Source of the DNA: Octopus sinensis
Lineage: Eukaryota
Assembly (NCBI RefSeq): GCF_006345805.1
Contig: NC_043002.1
Location: 78,058,001-78,122,000, forward strand
Length of the DNA: 64,000 nt
Direction of reading: 5' to 3'
A program made the translations under genes and the position numbers. Shown in pieces: positions 49,231-61,930 of this stretch. The stretch's first letter is position 1. The number at the start of each line of letters is the position of its first letter. The notes under the pieces were generated by a model. The model saw only the letters and a list, made by a program, of their open reading frames with translations. It did no database searches and was not told the origin of the DNA.

Positions 49231-51793
49231 TATTGTAATGAGATATTTCATTGATCTAGGTTACAGTATATTACATAGTGTGTGTGTGTGTGTGTATACC
49301 AGGTTAAACACTCAAGTAAGTCTCTTCTAAAACTTGAGAGCCATTCTATAGATGAAAGAAACTATTATAAATCACCATGTTTACTTAATTGGGTTTCTTA
49401 CAAATATGGATTAGCATGGTCATGGAAGATATATAATTTGAGTTTCAGATTGTAGCAGAGATAAAAGAGAAACTAGTTTCTATTTGTTACGTTATATAGT
49501 TACATAGTTATGTATCTTTTGTTATTTGTATGATTTATTGTGTGTAATCGACTCCAAGTGAATCATTCCAGAAAATTTACATCAATGAAATTATTACCAA
49601 TTTAATTGGGTAATTCTTCATCTGTTCCTTTTTAACACTTTGAAGTTTACTTAGAAATGTTGTTTTTGATGAGCTGCAGGTTAGCCTAACAGAGGAGACC
49701 AGTGATCAAAGACATTCCATCCATGACTTTCACATATTTCGTCCATAGCGTATTTAGGATTACAATATCTGATATATACTTCCTTTTTTTTAAAATGATA
49801 GGATGTAATTTCATGGGGATTTGGTCACTACTTCTAGACAAGTAGCTGAAAGGAGTTTCTTTTATTAACTTATCATTAAGTTTATACAGATGGTAGAAGG
49901 CTATATTGAATGATTTGTTTACTTTTTGTTTCTTAACTAACTTCTACTGCATGACTCAGAATCCATAACCTGTCTTATCAAACATCAACTCTATCTTATA
50001 TATTACATAAAAAGAGCGTTGTTTGTAGAGCAGGCTTTTTTCATTTACACTTCAATGAGCTACAGTGCCACATAGGACTTGCATTCCTTTGGGGACTGAT
50101 AAAATACCCAGTTCTGATAAAAACTAATATTTTCATAAAGTTATTTGAAAAACATGGTGAACGAGAACCCCCTTTTCCATGCTGGCAGGGATTGGACAGA
50201 TCTTACAGTATCTTATTGCTCATCCTTCATCATCTACCACACATGGTAAGAGAAAACTGCACATCGTTGTTGCACTTGAGCAGTTGTCTGCAACTGAGCC
50301 AAAGAGTCTCTTCTATGCTTTGTTTGTGTCTTCCTTCTTGCCACAGTTTTTTTACTGCATGGGCCACGTTCATTTTATCATACTACTGCCACTAAAGAGG
50401 TTGTCTCCTACAAGATTAAAATGTCTTCCTTAACCTTCATTGCCTTTAAAAAAAAAACAAATACAAATGTAGTCCTAGGAAATTAGAAATGGTTTGTGCC
50501 AGTAATAATTAGTCTTCCCTCTGCACTGTAGTGGAACTTAGTTTTTGGACCCATGTTCTTTGTCTGAGAGTGAGGAAGAGAGAGACACTGTTAGTGTAAA
50601 ATCAAAGAGCAACTACTTGGAATGTTAGGTTTATAAATCATCGTTCTTATCATTATATGTTTGCTTTCCTTGCTGTCATGGATTGGGCCGGTCATTTCTG
50701 TTCTCCAATACGGGCCAAGGGACTGCATCTAACTCATAAGTTTCACTTTTGGTCTGGTTTCTATGGCTAGATGCCTTTTCTAGTGTTAATCTCTTTACAG
50801 AGTGCACTGGGTGCATTTTTTTGTGTGGCACTATTGTAACAAAGGTTATGTCTTCAACAAGACAAAAGGGTTTTCACATCCCTCAGCAGAGTAAACTGGG
50901 TGCATTTTATTGTGGCACCAGTACTAAACAGAATAAGGTTGAGAGAGTGATGGATAGCAAGAGGTGGATTTATAGTGTGAGTGAATGATGGATGTTAGTA
51001 CCAAATGGCCAGTAGGAATATAGCTAGAGTACATGAGGTACATGCAGTTCTCGTGTGGACACTTAAGTATGTACCTCAAAACTGAGAAAGAGAGTTAGAA
51101 TAATGAGGATGAGAGAGAGAGAGAGACGAGCAGAGTGTAGGTGAAAGGGAAGGGTGATGTTGGAGATGTCACACCGTCAGTTATTTTTTCGTCATAAATT
51201 GTTTAAGAACTTTGCCATAAATTGAACTGAGGTTATAACATTGTAAAAACACTGTACAGTAAATGTACAGTGTTTACAATGTACTGTACATAAATATTCA
51301 GTGCATTCAGCCAAGTTTTATACTTGGTAAAGTTATTTGGACTGCTCTTTTTATTTTTGTATCCAATAAAAAAAAAAACTTGATTTATGATAGCTTCAAT
51401 ATGTAACCTCTTAGTTACATATTGAAGCAATCACAAATCATTTTTTATTATAAGATATCTAGAAATATATTAAATGAACTAGATGATGATGAAAAGGATT
51501 CTTGAGCAGTGATTTTTGGCAGAAATTTTTAAGGGGTTATTGTTGGTGGTGGTGGTAGTAGTAGTAGTATGGTGGTGAGCTAGCAGAATTATTAGCACAT
51601 TGGACAAAATGCTCAGCAGTATTTTGTGTTTTGATGTTCTGAGTTCAGATTCTGCTGAGATCAACTTTGCCTTTCATCCCTTTTGGGGTGAATAAAAGAA
51701 GTACCAGTTGAGCACTGGGGTTGATGCAATTGGTTAATCACTTCCTCTAAAATTTCAGACCTTGCACCTATAATAGAAAAAATTATTATTATT

Positions 51794-52844
51794 TTATTTT
51801 TTTAACTTTTGCTTTTTATTTGTACAAGTTGACTCCAAATTTCACCCAGAGACTTCAAGAGACTTCAAGTTTGTGTTATGCCAAAGGTGTCATATATTTG
51901 GTTTTGCTCATAGTATTGTTCTGGAGAATGTTTAAGAAAACCTAAGAAAATTATAAGTTTGTTTTCAAATTTGAGGTTACATAGGCAGTATTTTACGTAG
52001 GATATGGGCAGTTCCCATGAGCACTGTCTTTTGAATTTCTGCCATTTTGGGGTTTCTTTGTATCTGAGCTAGGTAGGGATCAGTTCCTTTTGGTATCATT
52101 TCTAGGGCACCTATAACAACAGGCATAGTTTTAGTCTTGAGGTTCCACATTTTGCCAATTTCTATTTCAAGATCTTTATACTTGCTCAGTTTTTGGTAAG
52201 TCTTGACAGATGCATTTATATCGTTTGGGACAGTCATATCAATGAAGAGGCATGGTTTTTGTCTGAAGTCTTTCAATATGATGTCTGGCCTATTTGCATC
52301 TATCTTTCTGTCAGTTTGAATGCTGAAGTTCCAAAGGATTGAGATGTGATCATTTTCAAGCACTGGAGGTTGTTTGTATTCCCACCAGTTTTTATCATGG
52401 GGCAAGTCCAGATTTTTGCAATTTACCCAGTGAATATATTGTGCTGCTCTATCATGCCTATTGAGAAACTCTGTAGGTGCAAGAAGACTGCATATGGAGA
52501 CATGATCAATGGTTTCATTTTGTTGTTTACATACAAGACAAGTTGGGCTACTGCCATTCTTTAATATGTTGGCCTGGTAGCTCCTTGTAGGTAGGCATTG
52601 ATCTTGGGCTACTATGATAAATCCTTCTGTTTCTAATTTTAAGTCAGAGGACACTAACCATTGATGGGTAAGGGCTTTGTCAACATCATCTTTATTAGCT
52701 TTCTTTGTGTATTTTCCATTGAGAGGGTTTTCTTGCCATTTATCAGTAAGAATATCTAAGGCAGCAGTTTTAGCATGGGTTTTCATACTCTTAGCTTTTT
52801 CTGTGCTTGTTTCCAGTACGTCTAATTCTTGGATTTGTTGTATT
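51794..52844 (-). mobile_element. 5'-truncated R4/Dong-clade non-LTR retrotransposon (copy A): CCHC finger plus restriction-like endonuclease
   Basis: ORF 51977-52786: ETEGFIIVAQDQ, CLVC....ETIDHVSIC, RHD, RPD..IDMTVP, KLSKYKDL, QKTVLMGTAHILR. (TTA)n on both sides. Confidence 0.88.
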
Positions 52845-52864
52845 TTATTATTATTATTATTATT

Positions 52865-53500
52865 TACTTTTAATCTGCATGTTTGTTACAATCACTTGCT
52901 GAGACACAACCAGCATTCTAGAGCAAATGAAGGATAAAAAATGTTACAGTATGATTGAAAGCTTGGGGAGGACAAGTGGTAGGGGCAGTAGCAAAATATC
53001 TTCATGTAATACAACACATACATTAAAATTGATAGGGTTCTTCTAAGGATGTGGGTAGTATTTGTCAGCACAATCTTTTGGATTTCTCTGAGACATGGTT
53101 CTCCTGGGATATTATCTAGATGTTTCTGACATCCCTTTCTTATCATACCAAGGACACCCACAATAACAGGAACAGTTCTCGTTTTAAGATGCTATATCTT
53201 TTGTATTTCAATTTCCAGGCCCTTATATTTACTTAGTTTGTCAAATCCTTTTACAGATATATTATTACTAGTGGGAACACTTATATCTATTAGTGTACAA
53301 GTCTTTTCTTCCCTGTCTTTTATGATTGAATTGTTCTGTCAGTGTTGACTGGAAAATCTCAGAGGATAGTGAAATTTTTGTCTTCAATGACTGGCTCAGG
53401 ATGATGTTCATACCAGTAAGCGGGAGTGCTGATTTTGTAGTGTTTACATATTTTCCAATGTAAATACTGTTCTACTCTATCTTGGTGATTTTTGTATTTG
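52865..53500 (-). mobile_element. Second, more decayed R4/Dong-like fragment (copy B, distinct lineage)
   Basis: HQDRVEQYLHWKICKHY...WYEHHPEPV...IL*DFPVNTDRTIQ, IDISVP, KLSKYKGLEIEI, QKIVLTNTTHILRRTL; contains stops and a deletion over RPD. Confidence 0.8.
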
Positions 53501-53510
53501 TTTGGCGTCA

Positions 53511-53735
53511 GGGCACATGGCATAATGGTTAGGGTATTGCATTCATGATTTCAATTCCTAGACTTGGTGGTGCATTGTGTTCTTCAGTAAAATGCTTCAA
53601 CTCACATTGCTCTCTGCGATCACTTTGACACCTGACGTGTTGTACACTGTGATGGAGAGTGAGCTAATGTACAGCCTGAACATTTGATCACTATAAACAA
53701 ATCATTTGTGCAGGTCATTCGGCAAAAAGTTGAAC
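53511..53735 (+). mobile_element. tRNA-derived SINE of a third family
   Basis: ggcacatggcataatggttagggtattgc...ttcaattcc tRNA-like head, then a CORE-like gtgttcttcagtaaaatgcttca. Confidence 0.55.
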
Positions 53736-55382
53736 GCTTATACGTTATCTTCAAAGGGTCCATCATCATTATTGAAGGCAGTGAACTGGCAGAAACATTA
53801 GCATGCCAAATAAAATGCTTAGCAGCATTTAGTCTGCCTTTGCATTTTGAGTTCAATTTCTACCAAGGTTGACTTTGTCTTTCATCCCTTCCAGAGTCAA
53901 TAAAATAAGTACCAGTCAAGTGCTGGGTTGATGTAATTGACTTCCCATCCCCTCAAAATCTTCTGGTTATGTACCAAAATTTGAAGCCACTGTTTTTGTT
54001 GTTGTTCTTCTAACAGAATCTAGTTATGGTTGCCTACTAATATTAATAATATATGGTACCAATTAATATTTGGCATCTCATGCATGGTATTGGTTGCTGT
54101 GAATCAGATATTAAATCCTATACTGATAAGCAAGGGAAAAAATGGAGTGCTGTCAAGCTTATATCATTCTGAAGCTTATGAGCAATATAAGTGATGAGAA
54201 ATGGCCCTCAACTGGGAATTGAAACTAGATTGTATATTCAACTCGCCAAGATTTTACCTCTTGATCTGCTCTGCTTGCCACAGCTGATGTATATTAATGA
54301 GACAGAGTTTAGTTTTAATGTATTTTTAAGCTGGTAGACATATGCGGTTCATTTTATTTTGTTTCACTTTTCTTTAAAGCAATTTTCACTTATCTTTTTA
54401 TTTGCAAATGTAAACTTTTTTTGTATTGGACTGGAAGAATGTATTAAGTCCTTAGTATAGTAGAAGTCCTTCATCAGATTTCAAATTCCTATTTTATCTT
54501 TTAGCTGCTAATGTGGAGTAAAAAGAAAGAAACAAAACAAAAAATAAAAAACCTCAACTAAATATGAGGTGTTTTACAAACTTTTATTCTGTCCTTTCCC
54601 CTTCAGTTTTTGTGACAAAAGTATGTTTGTATGTCACAGGTCAAGATGTGAGCAGTTATGTAGGAAGTTGTTTGAAAAGCACTCTCTCTTTCTTTGCATG
54701 AGAGAGAGAGAGCGAGCTAAGATTAAAATAATAAGATATAAACATTACTGTTCTAATTTCCATTGTATATATGGTAAGAAAATTGTGGAAAAGTAAAAAT
54801 TGAAAACATATTTTGGTAACATGTCTCAGTAATATCCATATTTAGTTTAGGTTTGAATGGACTGGTGGATACACACTTACATGTAGTTTAGTTTAAATTT
54901 TTTTGTGTTGGTTTGATCTTTTTTCTTTCTTTTCTTTTCTAAAGTGGAGGCGTTGGTGGGAGAAGGCTAATTGGATGAGGTGACTACTGAGTTTGAACTG
55001 ATGCAATGTTGTGATTGGTGGGAAAATGAGGATGTGAATGGATGTTATAAAAGGGAAGCTTATGGGAAAAGGGAATTGGGGGAACTGTTTAATATGGTGG
55101 TGTGGATTTTAAACAGAAAATTAGTAGAGATGATGTATGGAAGAGAAGAGGCAAAATGTATCAAGTGAAGTCTTGGTGGTAGTGATGGTGGTATAAAGTA
55201 AAAAAAAAAAATACAGCAGAGACTGTTGTAGTAGCAGTAAAAGAGAGAGAGAGAAGATTATTTGGTAGTGGTTGAAATGTTATAGTGATTTGTGGTAAGA
55301 TGTCAATCAGCTTTATAATGTGTATTTTTTTTTTTATGAAGTTTAAAAGTGATCTCCCTAAGTGGAACTTGGGACTGATTAA

Positions 55383-55601
55383 CCCTTTACAATTCAGATT
55401 ACTCTGTCAAATGTAATGCTTATTTATTTATTCACATTGTTTTGAATTAATCTCACATTATCTAATAGTTTTGAGATTTCAATGATGTGATAAATTTTTA
55501 GCATGACATTGTAAGGCAGGTGTGAGTTGGATTTTGTTAGTTTGAACGTAAAACTGGTCAAAGTTTTTGGCCAGATTATAGCCTGTTTAACTGCTAAAGT
55601 G
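55383..55601. mobile_element. piggyBac-type MITE family A, opposite orientation to 18022
   Basis: TTAA at 55379-55382 and 55602-55605; ccctttac...gctaaagtg. Confidence 0.75.
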
Positions 55602-56659
55602 TTAAGGAGGAATTACAAGTGAAGGTGTTCCCAAATAGGCATTAGATGTTTTGGTACTCCTTTCAAATCTTCTGCAGAGAATGTGACTAGCTGAGTTAGT
55701 ACAATAATGAATAGCAAAGATTGTTGGGTCTATCCTGTTACTGGCATTGAGTTATATCTGTGACTAAGAAAACTCTCAAATAGCTGAAAGTAGGTATTGA
55801 GGGCTAGAAATAGCTTGCTACTGTTGTTTGTTAGAGCTGGATTGCACTTGTTTCTTCTGAAGGTAAATAGGACTGGTCCTTCATTTATAAATTTCTTTCA
55901 TTATGAAATCTCAAGTAATTGATTAAATCAGCTGACAATGAATGGATTAATGCAAGAATATTGAGGTGGAGGGGAGGTGTCATTGGAAGAAAGTGTAAAA
56001 GATGAAATGAACTTAAAATGTTTGAGAATTACTGGTCCTGCAAGTTTTGGTAGTATTTATTTATTTCCCCACTTTTTACAATGTTTCAGATTTTTAGAGA
56101 AGAATAATGGGAAGTTGTGACTGTCATGACTTCTCCCCTATTAAGTATATTGAAACCTTTTTCTGGTAGACTTGATTAACTGAGAACAGCAGTGTTCAAC
56201 AGCATAGACTATAAAATGCTTTTTGCTTTGATATGAAATTATTTTTTTAGCTTTGTTTTCTTGTTTATTACTGCTACTTATTTTAGAGACCCAGGAAGGA
56301 TGACAGTGAAGGTTGATTTATGTCACTAAAATAGAGATCAAAAACACTAAACAACGAAGGAAGATTTTGTTTCTACTACCTTGAGATAATAAATACTTAT
56401 TTCATAGTCAACAATCAATAATGATTAGGGAAAATAACTCCTGTCTATTGCTGGCTGTAGTTTTGACTTGAGTCTTAAGAAAAGAACTAGAAGTTGCTTC
56501 ACTGGGAACTGAGTATGCTTTGGGATTAAACTCATTAGTATTTCAATGTCTTGAAACTCTGCCTCCATATATTGTATAGGTGTTCAATAAAATAAAATAA
56601 ATGCCAGTGTCTGGTTGCCTATATCAGCACTTGATAAACCATGCACATGACCATTTTAT

Positions 56660-56834
56660 CTTCTTTACCTTTTTATTTGTTCTGGCTATTGGACTGCAGC
56701 TATGCTGGGGCACCAACTTAAAGGGTTTATTCAAACAAATTGATCCAAGTATTCTTGTTTGTCAATCTAAGTTACAAGAACATAAACTAGCACTGGTTGT
56801 TAAATGGTGGTTGGGAGAACCCCCACCCACCCAC

Positions 56835-56893
<59 letters not shown>

Positions 56894-57030
56894 ACTTCCA
56901 TACAGTTTCTATCTACCAAATTCACTCACAAGACTTGGGGCCATAGTAGAAGACAGTTGCCCAAGGTGTTGTGCAGACTGAGCCTGAATCTATATGGTTG
57001 CAAAGGGATCTTCTTTACCACACAGCCATA
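56660..57030 (-). mobile_element. tRNA-headed SINE, tail-A type, diverged, with a long (TA)n hinge
   Basis: Reverse complement is colinear with 14806-15200. Confidence 0.7.
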
Positions 57031-60000
57031 TGGTTACCGATGAGATCATAACTTCATTGTATTGTACCCTGAGTAAAGCACTGAACAAAAACAGTTTACA
57101 TCTGTTTCACAGTTGAATGGTTATTAACAACAGGGAAGACATTTAACTGAAAAATCAGTTGCTCCAGCAAATATACTCCTGCTCAAATAAGTATTGTGAA
57201 GATAGGCTTAACCTTTTTGACATGGACTGCTACTGCTTCTAACATACAAAATCTGGTTTTAAGAATTGTGCATAATAATGTCATATTTAGCTAGAAACAC
57301 CTGACCTAATAATGCAAGAAACATCAGCCTAATAGTGACAAAATTATTTTACTAAGTCCTGATAAATTGTTGGTTATTTTCAAGATTAATTGAAACACAT
57401 TGGCAAATATATTTTAATAGAAGCATAGACGCTTTTTAAATTTTTTAATTTTTTACAGCTTAAATAAAAGTTAGTAAAACATCGAGTTTAACAACTCCTA
57501 TCATGTATGCTGAGTCAATAGCTCCAGCTAGAATAACATTTGAAATGTAAAAATAATTTTGAAATGACTATCCGGTGTATTTTTAAGAGATTATGCCATT
57601 GAAATGGTTGTCTTTGATAAATTATTTCACTCATTGACCCTCTCCTCCTGTCTAAAATAAGTGTTTTCACACTAATGATGTCTAAACTGTATTAGAACCT
57701 TTGTAGCTAAGGACCACTTACATTGCATTTAAAATGATGTTTGTCATGAGAAATATCTGAGCAGTATTTAATAGGTTACATTTCTACTTCTAGTTTTAGT
57801 GGTTTCCTTTCAAATAAACAGCCAATTCTTTGGACTTTCAGGCTTTGCTGCCATTCTAATTTAGTTTATAACTATTTTCATGGTGGAACAAACTTTAACA
57901 CTATGTTCGTGTGTATGCATGTAGTTACTCCTTGTAATATCTGGTCATTGGGTTTCTATAGAAAATTACAATCATACATCCTCTTATGAAATGTTAAGAT
58001 ATTCTGTTGAGAGTCTATAGTTTTTTTTACAATGTGTTTTATTTGGGGTAGTGGTGGGGTGGAGAGTTTATTCTTCCTTATTTAAAAAGAAAAATTTTTC
58101 TCTTCAAAATATCTAACTAGTATGACAACAATGTTTACAGTTTCCATTTTTATTCAGAAAGTAACATTAATACCAGAAATTCCTTGTTTACCAACAATCT
58201 TTACACACATGCTCCACATTGCCACACCCCACACATACACAACACAGAGAGTAAAGACCTCAATTCAGCATTCAAAATTTGTTTTGAAATTTGTGAATGT
58301 GTATGATATGCAGTGTAATTTACAATAATAAACCAGTTCTTGAGCATGAAAAGCGCTGTTTGATGTATACAGGAGAGCAAGAACATAAAATGCAAATATC
58401 TCACGAGTTTGATAATGAAAAGAGTCAGGTAAAAGGAAAGCAAGAAAACAAGAAATTGAATGAGATCAAATGATGGCGAAATTCTTCCAATCAAGCTCTC
58501 ATTTCATAGGTTGTGAGTTAATTTTGCTCCAGGTTGATTGTATACATAGATTTATTTTCTTTATTTGACAATAGGTTGTACATTTTCTGAGAAACCTATC
58601 TGCAACAGTTGGGCACAAATATGGATGTATGGTTAAGAAATTTGATTTACAACCACATGGTTTGGGGTTTAATTCCACTGTAGAGCATCTTGGATAAATG
58701 TTTTCCACTATACCAGAATTTGACCATGAACCAGTGAGTGGAATCTGGTCAATGGAGACTACATGGAACCCCCTTTAAATGTGTGTGTGTGTTGCTGTTA
58801 TCATTCTTGCTAAGTTATAAAATTTAAAGTAAATTCAAAAATGGCCATAAAAATGATGATGATGATGATGGTGGGTATTGCAGAGAATAAAATTATCATA
58901 TACATTCATCATCATCATCAACCAGTCAGGGCAAAATAATATCCTGAATAATGGTAAAAAAAAACCCACCAAAGCCTAACATTGTCAGAGAATGAAGAAA
59001 ACTGCTATTTGCTGATTTCTTTACACTTGCAGTTTTTTAAAGTTTCACCTCACCAACCCGCAACTTTGTATTTAACAAGTAATAAAGTAGTATTCGTTAT
59101 ATTGTAACTCTTATTTACTGTACCCATTTTTATTTGCATAATAAATAGACTAACAAAGCTTACTCGACAACAGGAAATTCAGAATAATGGCATTTAAAAT
59201 CCCCAAGGTTGCTATTATTTGTGAGTTTACTATACTGTGTTGAGTGTTATTTTACAGCTTCATACAGTTACTAAACAAAACAGGAGGTTAGTTCAATTAT
59301 CTATGTCTAGCCAAAGTAAATGTAATAATTTAAATATCTCTATTCAATTGTTATAATGAGGTGAAGATGCTCAACAATAGTAAGTGGCTTTGCTCTGATC
59401 TAAGCAATCAGACAAACATTAAATAGAATTAGAAAGTCTGGCCTACTAAATAAATTTTACATAGATTTTATGCATGCTGTTTTTTTCTTCTTTTTCTTAT
59501 GGAATGGAAGGACTGGCAGTTATGATGCCATGCAGTTCCTCTAATTAATCTAGAAAGGTGTGGTACTCAGGGGAATTAGGTGCATGGTATGTTTAGGGAG
59601 TTTTTGTTAGCCAGTAACAACAGTGTAGTTAAGTGGTCTTCATTCTCTATTAGATTGCAAAAGTTTTCAAAATATAATTGATAAGGCCTGTGTTCATTAC
59701 AATAACAGTGGCCAGTAAAGCCAACCCTATGTTGAGCAACAATAGTAGGAGTATCTACTGATACTAATGAGGGACCAAAGAAACTTGGTGAAATGCACTT
59801 TGGTCTCAGCCACTTAGACGTTTTGTTTGAATTTTTGTAGATTAGGAAATATGAAAATGTGTGTTTTGTGGGATTTTAAGAAGCATGCAGGGTTTAACAA
59901 AGTACAGAAATCTGCAAACAGAGAGCTTTATTTGACTATAAAACAGAATCAAAATATGATGGCCACTTGTAGGTTGGCATAGAACAAGCAACTTCCAAGC

Positions 60001-60039
60001 AGAAGCTTCGAGATAAATGGCGGCATGGCAGGTATTTTA

Positions 60040-60215
60040 TTGTAATTTAAACTGGCCAGATCTGGCCTCTCACACACATGCTACAACACCATGCTATAAA
60101 ATAAATGATCACATCTTCAAAATCACAAAGCTGTGAGATAATATGTAATTAATTATTCAAAACAATGTGAATAAATAAACATGACATTTGACAGAATGAT
60201 GTGAATGTTTGAGGG
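60040..60215. mobile_element. piggyBac-type MITE family A, left-truncated
   Basis: ctggccagatctggcctctcacac...gagggTTAA (TTAA at 60216-60219). Confidence 0.65.
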
Positions 60216-60329
60216 TTAATATATTTTCACGGCTGAAACAGGTGAATAATTTGTAGATTTGAAGATCATAGCTTTCTTTGGAAACTTAATGTTTCTCAGA
60301 TAATTTTTATGCTTTTCTTTCTTCCTCAG

Positions 60330-60414
60330 GCACTATCCTACTACGAAATTTACTTCAGTTGCCGATACTCCCGAAAACAGGAGGATAGCTACAAACACTA
60401 AAATTCAAAGCAGT
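60330..60414 (+). CDS. LASP1: LASP1-like next coding exon, end of LIM plus first nebulin repeat: (A)HYPTTKFTSVADTPENRRIATNTKIQSS
   Basis: Polypyrimidine acceptor cttttctttcttcctcag ends at 60329; donor gtaagt at 60415. 85 nt, phase 2 to 0, joining the previous exon in frame (GC|G = Ala). HYP...VADTPEN is the LASP/nebulette motif. Confidence 0.95.
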
Positions 60415-61230
60415 GTAAGTTGGTTCAGTTATTGTTTGTAATTATTTATCTTAATTTCAAATAACATTTTTTTTTTAATAAGAAACTTATCTATGTAATA
60501 TTAAAGCATCTTTTTCAGCCATGTTTTTTATTTTTAAACACACAACTTAACTTTTAGTTATAGAATTAATTGATTTGTCTAAATTTGTAATTTTTTCTTA
60601 TTGAAAAAAAAAAACAAAAAAAAAAACAACCTATTTTAAATTATGCTTTCTTAATATAGTTTATTTAGGTCATAAAATGTATAGTATCATTTAGTATCTG
60701 CATTGCTTTTTTGCTATACCTGAATTTTCTTTTTATTGTTTATATTTTGAATTCTAGAATACTTTAGATACATGAAATTTGTCTCCAATGGTTCTTGTGT
60801 AAATTTATGGTCATGACATATATTAATTAAATGAAAAAAAAAAAAAAAGGAAATGAGTACTCAGAAAATAATAAATAACTTGTTGGCATGTTATCAACTT
60901 GAATTAATTTCTATTTCACTATTTCAGGGTGGTTTTTCCTGTTCTAATAATGTATAAAAAAATTCTCTAATTGTGTTTCCTAGGAAATAAAAAAAAAATT
61001 TTGTTGTTAAATTCAAAGCGCGCGCGCACACACACACACACACACATGCATTTTAAATATATGCAGTTAAATTGATTTAAGATGTTAGAATTATTATATT
61101 TTACTTGGAAGTTTGTGTACATATAAGTAGATGATTGAGCTACTAAAAGCTGAATATATTAAATGAAAGTTAGTTTTCAACTTTCTTGAATACCACCTAG
61201 CTCTCTGGATGTTATATATCTTTCATATAT

Positions 61231-61459
61231 TGGCCTCGTGCCGGTGGCACGTAAAAAGCACCATCCGTTCGTGGCCGTTTGCCAGACTCGTCTGGCACGT
61301 AAAAAGCACCCACTACACTCATGGAGTGGTTGGCGTTAGGAAGGGCATCCAACCGTAGAAACATTGCCAGATCAAACTGGGCCTGGTGCAGCCTTCTGGC
61401 TCCCAGACCCCAGTTGAACCGTCCAACCCATGCTAGCATGGAAAGCGGATGATGATGAT
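61231..61459 (+). mobile_element. Well-preserved RTE-type 3' terminal fragment with (GAT)n tail
   Basis: Two tggcacgtaaaaagcacc modules, ggaagggcatcc and catgctagcatggaaagcggatgatgatg. Confidence 0.85.
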
Positions 61460-61580
61460 ATAGGTATATAGATATATATATGAATCTCAGTGTAGCGAAT
61501 ACCTCCTAAGTCCTTACGATAGTGAGAAATTAATTTTACTGTCCTTTATTAAAGAGTGAGAATGTTTTAAAACAACATAT

Positions 61581-61702
61581 TTGTGGCTTTGTGGTAAAAA
61601 GCTTGCTTCCCAACCACATGGTTCTGAGTTTTCTACTATAGTTCCAGGCTGACCAAAGCCTTGTGAGTGGATTTGGTTGAGAGAAACTGAAAGAAGTCCA
61701 TC

Positions 61703-61757
<55 letters not shown>

Positions 61758-61930
61758 ATGTATGTGTGTGTGTGTGTGTTTGTATTTGTCCCCCATCACT
61801 GCTTGACACCTGGTGCTGCTATCTTAACATCCTATGGCTTAGTGGTTCGGCAAAAGAGACTGCTAGAATAAGTATCAGGCTTAACAAAAAATAAATACTG
61901 GGGTCAATTTATTTGACTAAAAAGAATTCA
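61581..61930 (+). mobile_element. tRNA-headed SINE, tail-A type
   Basis: Colinear with 14806-15200, with a small head deletion. Confidence 0.75.

Larger units (their letters stand above)
39372..60329 (+). other. LASP1: GT-AG intron of the LASP1-like gene, 20,958 bp
   Basis: gtaagt...cttcctcag between two phase-compatible exons that are consecutive in LASP proteins; no extra exon is needed to complete the LIM domain. Confidence 0.85.

Noticed and set aside
54940-55300. Purine-rich stretch and 65-aa ORF, possibly an antisense LINE remnant
   Set aside because: No diagnostic motif could be recovered on either strand.
60016-60037. ATGGCGGCATGGCAG|gtattt as an alternative first exon
   Set aside because: Neither ATG gives the phase-2 junction needed for the 60330 exon.
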